From positions 6,412-70,411 of the forward strand of contig NZ_DATBKY010000172.1 of the NCBI RefSeq assembly GCF_036555685.1: a stretch of DNA of 64,000 bases. Reading direction: 5' to 3'. A program made the position numbers and the translations under genes. Source of the stretch: Actinophytocola sp. (GTDB lineage: Bacteria > Actinomycetota > Actinomycetes > Mycobacteriales > Pseudonocardiaceae). The notes beneath the pieces are model-generated. The model was not told the origin of the DNA and ran no database searches. It saw only the letters and a list, made by a program, of their open reading frames with translations. Shown piece after piece: positions 30,004 to 40,000 of the stretch (position 1 is the first letter of the stretch; each line of letters opens with the position of its first letter).

Positions 30004-31319
30004 CAGGCCCCCTCCCCGGCCGGCTCCGCCGGCTCGGCCGGTCCGACCCGGCGCACCGGCGAGAACCACACGAGCAGCGGCGCGACCGCGAGGACCACGA
30101 CCGCTGCGAACAGCGCCTCGCGCGGGCCGATCGCGGCGCCCAGCAAGCCGCCGAGCAGCGCGCCGAGCGGCCAGAGTCCCACGGTGAGGAACCGGAACGA
30201 GCCCATCACCCGGCCCTGCAGGTCATCCGGAGTGGACCGTTGGAACAGGCTCTCCACGTTGATCGCGGACACCGCACCGCTCGCCGACATCAGGAACGCC
30301 GCGACGATCAGCATCGGCAGCGCCGCCCCGATGAACGCCGGCGTCAGCGGGATCAGCAGGGTGGACAGGCAGAACCCGGCGAGGCCGGTGCAGATCGCAC
30401 CGCCGACCCCGATCCGGCGCGCGATCGGGCCGGCGGCGAGCGCGCCGACCAGCGCGCCGGGGCCGGTGCCGATCAGCGTGAGGCCGACCAGCGCGGTCGG
30501 CAGGTCCAGCACCGAGACGACATAGATGACGTACAAGGTGGTCTCCGCGGACCACGCCACGTTGCTGATCGCGATCGCCCGCATCAGCGGCCCCAGCACG
30601 GCGTGGCGGGCGAGGAAGCGCAGCCCCTCGAGCAGGTCGTCCCACGCCCGGCGTACCCCGCGCGCACCGTCGGCAGCCTGCCGCGCCGGCTCGGGTTCGC
30701 GGTACTTGATGCGGCCGAGCGTGAACACGGACGCGAGCAGGGACAGGCCGTCCAGGATCACGGCGATCGGCGCGGTGACCGCCTGCACCAGCAGGCCGCC
30801 GATGGTCGGTCCGGTCAGCTGTGCGGTGGCCCGGGCCGACTCCATCCGGCTGTTGGCCTCGATCAGGTGCTCGCGGCCGACCAGGCCCGGCAGGTAGCTC
30901 ATGTACGCGGTGTCGAACCAGACCGTGAGCACCGCGGAGATCAGCAGCGTCGCCCCGAGCAGGCCGATCGAGAGGATCCCGAGCGCGAACTCGACCGGGA
31001 TCATCAGCAGCAGCGCGGCGCGCACGAGGTTCGTGATGATCAGCGTCGGCCGCTTGCGCATGCGGTCGACCCAGATCCCGGCCACGAGGTAGAGCACCGC
31101 GGGCAGCTTGCTCAGCAGGCCCAGCACGCCCAGCTCGTCGGCGCCCGCGTTCAGCGTCTCGATCGCGAGCAGCGGCACCACGATCGTGCTCACGTAGGCG
31201 CCGAACTGGGAGAACGTCTGGCCTGTCCACAGCTTCACGAAGTCGCGGTTGTGCCAGACGGGTGCGGAGAACGGCCGCCACCGGCGGGCGGTTCGGGTCG
31301 TTCCGGTCTTCTCGGCCAC
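30003..31319 (-). CDS. MFS exporter (EntS/macrolide-efflux-like) embedded in the NRPS operon
   Basis: RDFVKLWTGQTFSQFG, WVDRMRKR, QGRVMG; its TGA overlaps the NRPS ATG (TGATG at 30005-30001). Confidence 0.9.
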   Translation of the reverse strand: MAEKTGTTRTARRWRPFSAPVWHNRDFVKLWTGQTFSQFGAYVSTIVVPLLAIETLNAGADELGVLGLLSKLPAVLYLVAGIWVDRMRKRPTLIITNLVRAALLLMIPVEFALGILSIGLLGATLLISAVLTVWFDTAYMSYLPGLVGREHLIEANSRMESARATAQLTGPTIGGLLVQAVTAPIAVILDGLSLLASVFTLGRIKYREPEPARQAADGARGVRRAWDDLLEGLRFLARHAVLGPLMRAIAISNVAWSAETTLYVIYVVSVLDLPTALVGLTLIGTGPGALVGALAAGPIARRIGVGGAICTGLAGFCLSTLLIPLTPAFIGAALPMLIVAAFLMSASGAVSAINVESLFQRSTPDDLQGRVMGSFRFLTVGLWPLGALLGGLLGAAIGPREALFAAVVVLAVAPLLVWFSPVRRVGPAEPAEPAGEGA

Positions 31320-31321
31320 GG

Positions 31322-33340
31322 TCAGCCCACCCCCGCCTCGGCGCGCAGCACGGCGGGTGCCGCGTCGCCCGCGATCGCCACGGGCGCCGCCAGGTAGTGC
31401 CGGCGCACCGGCGATCCGTCGGTCATGCCGAACGCACCGTGCAGGTGGACGGCCTCGCGGCTGGCGTCCAGCGCCAGCGCGCCCGCCTCGGCGAGCACCC
31501 CGGCGGCGAGCGCGGGATCCGGTCCGCCGTCGTCGAACCGCCCGGCCAGGTCGGTGACGAGCGCGGTGAGCGCGTGCAGCCGGACGGCGAGGCGGGCGAG
31601 CCGGAACGCGATGTCCTGGTTGGCGATCAGCGCCCGGCCGAACTGCTCGCGGGTGCGCGCCCGATGGACGGTGTGCGTCAGGCAGCCGCCCGCGAGGCCG
31701 AGCAGCCACGCGGCACGGCGCACCCGCCCGGCGGCGAGCACCTCGGTGCCGTCGGCGAGCACGTCCGCGGCCGCCGCCGGACCGTCGACGGCCCACACCC
31801 GGCCGGTGGCCGTCTGATGTGGACGGAACGGCAAGCCGGTGGCGAGCGCGAGCGCCGGCCCGTCCTGAACGGCCACCACGGCGTCGGCCGAACCGGGGTC
31901 GGCGACGACGGGGCGGTCGGGCTGGCGGAGGTCGGCGAGCACGGCGCGCCAACTGCCGTCCAGCGGGGGCAGCTCGCGACCGGCCCGCACGAGCGCGTCG
32001 ATCGCGGTGAGGGTGTCGAGGATGCCGTCGTCGTGCAGGCCGCGGCCCAGCTCCGCGCAGCAGATCACGGCCGCGCGCAGGCCGAGGTCCAGCCCGCCGC
32101 GCTCGGCCGGCACGGTCAGCCCGAACACCCCGAGCCGGGCCAGCTCCGGCCAGCACGCGCCGGCGGGGTCGCGCTCGTCGTACGCGCCGGCCACGGCCCG
32201 GCACGCCGCGCGCAGCTCGGCGGCCAGCGGCTCGTCGGCGTCGGGCAGCGGCAGGCCGGAGGAGGCGACCAGCTCCAGCATCATCTCCGAGGTGCCGGCG
32301 GACAGGGTCAGTCCGGGCGCCTCGCGGTAGGCGGACTCGAGCACGCCCGGCTGCCGCAGCGCCGCGGGCCCGGCCGTCTCGGCACACCACCACGCGACCG
32401 ACCGGGCGGTCTCGGCGCACCACAGCTTGGTCGCGGCCGCGGCGACCGCGTCCACCCGGCCGGTGTCGAGCTGGTCGACGCAGCGCTCCGCGAGTGCGCG
32501 GCCGGCCGCCGTGTGCGTGCGCAGGCGGCCGTACTCCGCCGCCTGCTCGCTCGCCGGGTGCACGGCGCGCAGCCACCGGTCGGCCTTGGCCACGTAGTCG
32601 ACCCCGGTGCGCTCCAGCGCGAGCGCCTCGGTGATCAGCGGCCACGCGCCGCCGACCGGGCCGATCACCGCGGTGGCCGCTACCTCGACGCCGTCGAGCC
32701 GCACGTCCGCGAAGTCGTCGTCGGCGAGGGAAGCCAGCCGGCCGATCGTGATGCCGGGCAGGTCCAGCGGGACCAGGAACAGCGTGATGCCGCGGTAGGG
32801 CGTGGCCTCGACGCTGGTCCGCGCCGCGACCAGGCCGTAGTCGGCCAGGGCGGTGCCCACGCTGTAGACCTTGTGGCCGCTGATGCGCCAGCCGTCCCCG
32901 GCCCGTGTCGCCGTGGCTTCCAATGTGGACAGATCGGAGCCGACGCCGGGCTCGGAGTAGAGCACGGTCGCGGTCCGCCGGCCGGCGGCGAGGCCGGGGA
33001 GCACGGCGGCGCGCTGTTCGGGTGTGCCGGCGGTCAGCAGGAAGTTGCCGCAGATCTGGACGGACAGGGTGTGCAACACCTCGGGCACCCCACCGGCGAT
33101 GAGCTCGCCGACGACCGCGGCGGCGCAGCGGGCGGGCAGGGCGCGTCCGCCGTAGGCCCGCGGCCACGAGACCGCGAGCAGCCGCTGCTCGCCCAGCAAG
33201 CGGTAGAGCGGCCGCGGGTCGGGCTCGGTCCCCGCCCGACGCGCCTCGGTCACGGCCGCCAAGGCGTCGCGTGCCGCCGGGCCGGCGAGCACCGCGCGGA
33301 CCTCCTTGGCCGCGAGCTCCGCCTCGGGGTCGGTTGTCAC
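31322..33340 (-). CDS. Fused tandem acyl-CoA dehydrogenase-like flavoenzyme (672 aa)
   Basis: N-terminal ACAD (WPRAYGG, SEPGVGSDL, ISGHKVY, ALER, AGTSEMM) followed by a shorter second ACAD-like unit (REQFGRAL, HLHGAFGM); GTGA overlap with the upstream NRPS stop. Confidence 0.85.
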   Translation of the reverse strand: MTTDPEAELAAKEVRAVLAGPAARDALAAVTEARRAGTEPDPRPLYRLLGEQRLLAVSWPRAYGGRALPARCAAAVVGELIAGGVPEVLHTLSVQICGNFLLTAGTPEQRAAVLPGLAAGRRTATVLYSEPGVGSDLSTLEATATRAGDGWRISGHKVYSVGTALADYGLVAARTSVEATPYRGITLFLVPLDLPGITIGRLASLADDDFADVRLDGVEVAATAVIGPVGGAWPLITEALALERTGVDYVAKADRWLRAVHPASEQAAEYGRLRTHTAAGRALAERCVDQLDTGRVDAVAAAATKLWCAETARSVAWWCAETAGPAALRQPGVLESAYREAPGLTLSAGTSEMMLELVASSGLPLPDADEPLAAELRAACRAVAGAYDERDPAGACWPELARLGVFGLTVPAERGGLDLGLRAAVICCAELGRGLHDDGILDTLTAIDALVRAGRELPPLDGSWRAVLADLRQPDRPVVADPGSADAVVAVQDGPALALATGLPFRPHQTATGRVWAVDGPAAAADVLADGTEVLAAGRVRRAAWLLGLAGGCLTHTVHRARTREQFGRALIANQDIAFRLARLAVRLHALTALVTDLAGRFDDGGPDPALAAGVLAEAGALALDASREAVHLHGAFGMTDGSPVRRHYLAAPVAIAGDAAPAVLRAEAGVG

Positions 33341-36300
33341 TGCGCCGCCTCCGGGTCCAGGTCCGCCAGGCCGGCGAGCAGGCCGGCGACCGCCACGTCG
33401 TCGAGGCCCGCGTCCGGGAAGTCGGCCGCGGAGTACACGGTCTCGGCCGTCGCGCAGTGCGCCACGAGCCGGACCAGGTGGTCTCGCACCTGCTCGGCCA
33501 GGCCGTCGGCGCCGGTGACGATCAGGCGGGGACCCGCCAGCGTCACGAGCGTCCGGGGCCCCGCGTCGCCGATCGCGGTCACCTCGGCGGCGTCCGGCAC
33601 GGGCAGGACCCGCACGCCAGGCACGGCCGGGTCGTCGTCCTCGGCTGCCCGGAACGCCTCCTTTACCGCGCGGATCAGCTCGGCGTCACCGCGCACCCGG
33701 CCGACCCGCAGCAGCCCAGGCTCGGCGCGGCCGTCCGCGGAAGGCTCGGCGCGCCGCGTGTCGGCGACCGCGACGGCCGGCTCGCCCGTCGCCGCGATGG
33801 TCGCGGCGATGACGAGGTCGGTGGTCGTGGTGGCGTACGCCTCGTGGGCCGGGCCGGCCAGCGCGGCCACCGTCTCCGGCGGCACGAGCACGCCGAGCCC
33901 GGCCGTCTCGTGTGGACCGTCCGGGCAGAGCCCACGCACGAGCCGGCCCAGCGTCCAGTCGTCTACATGGGACGGATCGGCGGTCAGCCGGCGGCCGTCG
34001 ACGGTGACGCCGGGTACCGTCGGCGTCTCGGCCGCGGGAGCCGGCAGGCGGATCACGGTCGGGCCGGCGATGCCGAGGGGCGCCGACCGCTCGACCGGTT
34101 CCGCCGCGTCGAGCGCCTGGGCGAGCGCGCGGATCGTACGCAGGTCGAGGATCTGCCGGACGGTCAGCTCGAGCCCGTGCCGGCGGGCCTCGGCGACCGC
34201 GTGGATGGCGAGGATCGAGTCGCCGCCGATGTCGAAGAAGTCGTCGGTGACGCCGAAGTCGCCCGCCGGGAGCAGCCACTCCCAGCCTTCCAGCAGGGTC
34301 TCCTCGGTCGGCGTGGCGGGATCCTCCGGTGCCTCCCGGGCAATCGGTGCGGCCGCCGGGTCGTCGCTGACCTCGGCCACCTCGCCGGTCCGACCACAGA
34401 GGACCAGCGTGCCGTCGGGCCGGAGGCGTGCCAGGTCCCCGGTCCGGAAGCGGCGCGCACCGCCCGCGTCCGGCACGAACGCGGCGGCCGTCGCGCCGGG
34501 TGCGGCGGGATACCCGCGGGTGACGCGCGGCCCGCCGACGTGCAGCTCGCCCCGGCAGCCCGACGGCACCGGACGGCCCCACCGGTCCAGCACGGACAGC
34601 CGAACCCCGGGCAGCGGCCGGAGGGGCTCGTCGAGCCGGCCGGCGGCAACGGGCCCCGCGGGGTCGTACAGGGTGACCGCGTCCCAGCCCGCGTCCCGCA
34701 GCCGGGACCGCAAGACGGGTTCGACCTGCTCGCCCGCCAGGACGGCGGCCCGGCGGGGCCGCAACGCCGCGGCGTCGCCGACCGCGAGCATGGCCGCGAG
34801 GTGCGACGGCGTCGTGGTCAGGAAGTCGACCGGATGCGCCGCGAGGAACGAGCCGAGCTCCTGCGGATCGAGCGCGGTCGCCTCGTCGACGACGTGCAGC
34901 GCGCCGCCCCCGGCCAGCGCGCAGAGCACCGGCGTCAGCGACGAGTCGACGGTCGGCGGCTGCACCAGCAGGTGGCTCGCCCCGGCCGGCAGCTCGGCGA
35001 GCAGGCCACGCACCATCGACACGAGGTTGCGATGCGTGAACAGCACGCCGTCGTCGAGCATCAGGCACGCGCCGTTGTCCGGCCGCGCCACCGGGCCGGG
35101 CGGGCCCGGATCCGGCACCGCCGCCACGTCGATCGGCAGCACCTGCACCGAGGCGGGCAAGGCGACGTCGGCGAACGGGAGCGCCAGCGCCAGCCGGGCA
35201 CCGCACCGCGCGGCGACGGCGGACAACTCCGCCGCGGTCTCCCCCGGATCGACCGGCACGCACACCCCACCCGCCTTCAGCACCCCGAGCAGTGCCACCG
35301 CGTACTCGGCGGACCGCGTCAGCGCGACCAGGACCGGGGTTTCCGGACCGGCGCCGTGCGAGCGCAGGCCGTGCGCGACCCGGTTCGCCGCGGCGTCGAG
35401 GCCGGCGAAGGAAAGCGACCCGCCCACCCACACGACCGCCGGTGCGTCGGGCGTGGCCGCCGCCCGCTGCGAGACCAGCTCGTGCAGCAGCGTGTCCTCG
35501 ACAACGGGCGCGGGCACGGCAGGCTCGTCCCACAACGCGTCGAACGTCCATACGGGACGATCCGGCGCGGCGAGGCCGGCGCGCAGCAGGCGCGGGAACA
35601 CCTCGCACACCAGAGCGGCCGCGGCGGGGTCGACCACGTCCGGCCGGTACCGCACGCTCCCGGTGTAGGGCGTGGGCTCGGACTCCAGATCCAGCCACAG
35701 GTCGTGGGTGACGGTGCCCGTGTCGATCAGCGAGGCGTCGACCGCCCGCGGCATGCGGCCCGCCGGCAACCGCGGCGGCGCCGGTGGCTTCAGGTTGATC
35801 GCGGCCTGCGCCAGCGGCGTCACACCCGCCGCCCGCTCGGGCGCCACCGCCGCCACGATCTGGTCGAACGCGACCGAGCCGTGGTCGTGCGCCTCGCCGA
35901 CCACCCGCCGCGCCGCCCGCACGAGCTCGCGGAACGTCGGCCCGCCGGAGAGGTCGAGCCGCAGCACCACCTGGTCGACGAACATGCCGATGACGTCGCG
36001 CAGCTCCGGCAGCGGCCGCCCGGCGACCGGGCTCGCGACCGCGACGTCCGCGCCGCCGAAGACCCGGCCGAGCGTGGCCGCGTACGCCGCGAGCATGCCC
36101 ATGAACGCGGTGGCCCGCTCCGCCCGGACGAACTCGTCGAGGGCCGCCGCGGTGGCGGGCTCGATGGCGAAGTCCAGCCGGCGGCCGCGCTGCGACACCC
36201 GCTCGGGCCGCGGCCTGCCGTGCGTGAGATCCACTGTGGACAGGTCGGCCAGCTGCCCCCGCCAGTAGTCCAGGTCCTGCCGCGCGACCGGCTCGGCGGA

Positions 36301-36852
36301 TCGCTCTTCCTGCCAGGCCGTGAAGTCGGCGTACTGCACCGGCAGCTCCGCCCAGTCCGGCGCCTGGCCGGAGAGCCGCCGCTCGTAGGCCACGGTGAGG
36401 TCGCGGATGAAGATCTCGGCGGAGATGGCGTCCGCGATCGCGTGGTGCAGCACCACGACCAGGCCGTCGGTGTCCGCGCCGAGCCGGACGTGCGTCATGC
36501 GCCACAGCGGGGCGCGGCCGAGGTCGAACACCTCCGTGCCGACCCGCGCGCACAGCTCGAGGTAGGCGGACTCGGAGTCGTCGCTCAGGTCGGCGAACCC
36601 CACGGTCACGGCCTCCGGCACCGCCTCGACGACCTGCCACAAGCTGTTGTCCCGCACCGTGAACCGGGTGCGCAGCGACTCGTGCCTGCCGACCACGTCC
36701 GCCACCGCCGCCCGCAGCACCGCGGGGTCGAACCGGCCGGCGTAGCGGCGTTCGAAGCTGATGTTGTGCACCGGCTCGTCCGGCACCAGCTGCTCGACGA
36801 ACCAGAGCTGCTGCTGGGCCCGCGACGCCCGGACGGTCAGGACATCGCTCAC
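33337..36852 (-). CDS. NRPS: C - A(degenerate) - T - E(degenerate) (about 1171 aa)
   Basis: C with HHAIADA (~36440); A lacks the TSGSTG loop (GACLMLDDGVLFTH), has YDPAG for YGPTE and lacks the A8-A10 subdomain; T GGDSI (~34217); short E-like tail (EAYATTTTDLVIA, VKEAFRA, SAADFPDAGL). Start re-picked at GTG 36852. Confidence 0.85.
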   Translation of the reverse strand: MSDVLTVRASRAQQQLWFVEQLVPDEPVHNISFERRYAGRFDPAVLRAAVADVVGRHESLRTRFTVRDNSLWQVVEAVPEAVTVGFADLSDDSESAYLELCARVGTEVFDLGRAPLWRMTHVRLGADTDGLVVVLHHAIADAISAEIFIRDLTVAYERRLSGQAPDWAELPVQYADFTAWQEERSAEPVARQDLDYWRGQLADLSTVDLTHGRPRPERVSQRGRRLDFAIEPATAAALDEFVRAERATAFMGMLAAYAATLGRVFGGADVAVASPVAGRPLPELRDVIGMFVDQVVLRLDLSGGPTFRELVRAARRVVGEAHDHGSVAFDQIVAAVAPERAAGVTPLAQAAINLKPPAPPRLPAGRMPRAVDASLIDTGTVTHDLWLDLESEPTPYTGSVRYRPDVVDPAAAALVCEVFPRLLRAGLAAPDRPVWTFDALWDEPAVPAPVVEDTLLHELVSQRAAATPDAPAVVWVGGSLSFAGLDAAANRVAHGLRSHGAGPETPVLVALTRSAEYAVALLGVLKAGGVCVPVDPGETAAELSAVAARCGARLALALPFADVALPASVQVLPIDVAAVPDPGPPGPVARPDNGACLMLDDGVLFTHRNLVSMVRGLLAELPAGASHLLVQPPTVDSSLTPVLCALAGGGALHVVDEATALDPQELGSFLAAHPVDFLTTTPSHLAAMLAVGDAAALRPRRAAVLAGEQVEPVLRSRLRDAGWDAVTLYDPAGPVAAGRLDEPLRPLPGVRLSVLDRWGRPVPSGCRGELHVGGPRVTRGYPAAPGATAAAFVPDAGGARRFRTGDLARLRPDGTLVLCGRTGEVAEVSDDPAAAPIAREAPEDPATPTEETLLEGWEWLLPAGDFGVTDDFFDIGGDSILAIHAVAEARRHGLELTVRQILDLRTIRALAQALDAAEPVERSAPLGIAGPTVIRLPAPAAETPTVPGVTVDGRRLTADPSHVDDWTLGRLVRGLCPDGPHETAGLGVLVPPETVAALAGPAHEAYATTTTDLVIAATIAATGEPAVAVADTRRAEPSADGRAEPGLLRVGRVRGDAELIRAVKEAFRAAEDDDPAVPGVRVLPVPDAAEVTAIGDAGPRTLVTLAGPRLIVTGADGLAEQVRDHLVRLVAHCATAETVYSAADFPDAGLDDVAVAGLLAGLADLDPEAAQ

Positions 36853-37079
36853 CGCGACCCGGCCTCCGGTTCCATCGCGCGGCGCAAGCTCTTCGGGCGC
36901 ATGTCCGTCCAGACCTGGTCGATGTGGGCGAGGCACTCGTCGCGGCCGCCGGTGAACCCGGTCGGCCGCCAGCCGGCGGGCGGGTCCTGGTCCGCCGCCC
37001 AGACCGAGTACTGCTCCTCGTCGTTCACCACGACCTGGAAGGTCTCCATTGCTGCTCCCGCTGCTCCGGTCATGATCAT
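36849..37079 (-). CDS. mbtH: MbtH-like protein
   Basis: VVVNDEEQYSVW...PAGW...CLAHIDQVWTDMRPKSL; CAGGAG RBS; overlaps both neighbours (ATGA/GTGA). Confidence 0.95.
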   Translation of the reverse strand: MIMTGAAGAAMETFQVVVNDEEQYSVWAADQDPPAGWRPTGFTGGRDECLAHIDQVWTDMRPKSLRRAMEPEAGSR

Positions 37080-40000
37080 GTTCTCCTGGCCCGGCCGGCC
37101 GTCCGGCGCCGGCCGCGGCGGGCCGCACCACGCTCGGCGGCACCCGACACCACGGCGCGGTCGGCCTGGCCGTCGAGGAACGCGGCCAGCGCGCGCACGG
37201 TCGGGTAGCTGAACAGGTCGACCACCCGTGGCTCGCCGGGCAGCAGCTTCGCCAGGGACACCAGGTCCATGGACGTGCCGCCGAGGTCGAAGAAGTTCTG
37301 GGTCACGCCGACGGACTCCCGCCGCAGCACCGCGCACCACGCGGCGGCCACGACCCGCTCGGTCGGCCCGCCGGGCGGCTCGGCCGGCTCGGCGCGGACC
37401 GGCTCGGTACTCGGCACCGGCTCCGCGGTCAGGCCCGCCCGCAGCGTGCCGAGCTGCGGGATCGCGAACGAGCCGACCGGGGCGAGCGGGTCGGCCAGCG
37501 CGGCGTCGAGCAGGTGGACGAGCGCGGCCAGCATCGTCTCGATCCGTTGCGCGGCAAATAGATCCGGGTTGTAGACGAGCTCGAAGCGCATCCGCCCGTC
37601 GCGTTCGACCAGGTAGGTGGTGAGGTCGAACGGCGAGCCCGGCACGCCGGGCGGCAGCGGCTCGACCCGGATGCCCGGCAGCTCCAGCGGCGCCTGGGCG
37701 AAGTTGTAGACGTTGAACAGCACCTGGACGAGCGCGCCGCGGGACGGGTCGCGCGGCAGGGTCAACGCGTCCACGATCTGCTCGAGGGGTGCGTCCGGGT
37801 GCGCCAGCGCGTCGAACAGCTCGTCGCGGCAACCGGTGACCAGCTCGACGAAGGTGCTGTCGCCGGTGCGGCCCAGCCGCAGCGGCACGATGTCGACGAA
37901 GAAGCCGATCAGGTCGGCGAACGCGGCGTGCCGGCGGTCCGCGACCGGCGAGCCGATGACCACCTCGTCCCGGCCGGCCACGCGGCGGAGCAACTCGCCG
38001 TACGCGGCGAGCACCACGGTCGACGGGGTCGCGCCCAGCTCCGCGGCGAGCGCCCGGATCGCCGCGTCGGTGGCCGGGCGCAGGTCGGCGGCCGCGAACT
38101 CGCCCGCGTAGCTCTGCTCGGCCGGGCGCGGGTGGTCGCGCGGCAGGTCGAGCACGGTCGGCGCGCCGCCGAGGTGCCCGGTCCACCACGCCAGGTCGTC
38201 CTTGCCACGCCGGCCGGACCGCTCCTCGCGCCAGGCGACGTAGTCGGCGAACGCGGCGGGCAGTGGCGGCCGCACCGTGCCGGCGTACGCGGCGGCCAGC
38301 TCCTGGTAGAGGATCCGCTCGGACCAGCCGTCGAACACCGCGTGGTTCGCCGTGATCGCCAGGACGTGCTCCGTCGCGCCGAGCCGCAGCAACCGCGCCC
38401 GCAGCAGCCCGCCCGCGGCGAGGTCGAACCGCGTACCGGCCTCGGCGTGCAGCCGGTCGCGCACCACCCGCTCGCGCTCGTCGGCGGGCAGGGAGCTGAG
38501 GTCCTCGACCGGCAGCGGCACCTCGGCGACCGGGCCGAGAACCGCGTACGGGTGGCCGCCCTCGTGCGGCACCCGCCAGCGCAGCACGTCGTGCCGCGCC
38601 ACCACCTCGACGAGCGCGCGGCGCAATGCGTCGAGGTCGAGGTGCCCGTGCAGCCGCTGCGCGAGCGCGATGTTGTACGCGGCGGCGTCCGGGGCGAGCT
38701 GGTCGAGGAACCACAGCCGGCGCTGGGCCGCGGACAACGCCGGCGGGTTCCCGGTCGGCAGGTCTGTACCGTCCACATCGGACAGCTCGGCGGCGGCCGC
38801 GACCCGCTTGGCGAGCCCGCCGAGCGTGCGGGCGGCGAACACGTCCTCGACCGCGACGTCGCGGCGCAGCTGCTGGCGCAGCGCGGCGACCAGGCGCATG
38901 GCCGCGAGCGAGTGCCCGCCGCCGGCGAAGAAGTCGTCCTCGGCGGACACGGCCGGCACGCCGAGCACGTCGCACCAGATGACGACGACCTCCGCGGGCA
39001 CGCCCGGCACGTCCGCGACTCCGGCGGGCAGCTCCGCCGTCAGGCCGGCCACCAGCGCGGCCACGTCCACCTTGTCCGACGGGGTCAGCGGCAGCTCGGC
39101 GAGCCGGCGGAAGCGGGTCGGCACCATGACGGCCGGCAGCCGGGCGGTGAGGTAGTCGCGCAGCTCGGCGTCGTCCGGCGCGTTCGCCGGCGTGACGAAC
39201 GCGGCCAGGCTCACCTCGGTCCGGCCGGGCACGGCGGCCACCACCGCGTGCCCGACGTCCGGGTGCGCCCGTACGGCCGCCTCGACCTCGGCCAGCTCCA
39301 CCCGCTGGCCACGCACCTTGACCTGGCGGTCGGTGCGGCCGTGGAACCGCAGCTGCCCGTCGGCGCCCCAGCTGACCAGGTCGCCGGAGCGGTAGAGGCG
39401 CTCGCCGGGCACCGCGCCGAACGGGTCGGGCACGAAGCGGTCGGCGGTGAGGCCGGGCGCACCGAGGTAGCCCCGGCTGACACCGGGCCCGCCGATCAGC
39501 AGCTCGCCCGGGACCTCCGGCGGCACCAGGCGGAGGTCCTCGTCGACCACGTACAGGCGGTGGTTGAGCATCGGGCGGCCGATCGGGATCGGCGTGTGCC
39601 ACTCGCCGGACACGACGAACCCGGCGACCGCGACGGTGGTCTCGGTCGGGCCGTAGCCGTTCATCAGCCGCCGTCCGTTCGCGGTCCAGCGGGCCACCTG
39701 CTCGGGGCCGGGCGCCTCGGCCCCGGTCACGACCGCGCGCACGAGCGGCAGGTCGGCCGGGTCGAGGAGCGGGAGCAGCGCGGGCGCCACCTCGGCCCAG
39801 GTCACCTCGTGGGCGACCAGGAAGCGGCGCAACCGGTCCGGGTCCGCCCGGTCGGCCTCGGCGGCGAGCTGCACGGACGCGCCGACCATGAGCGCCACCA
39901 GCAGCTCCAGCACCGACACGTCGAAGGCGATCGACGTGATCGCGAGCGCCCGCGCGCCGTGCTCCATCCGGCCACGCTCGCGGATGCCGGTCATGAACGC

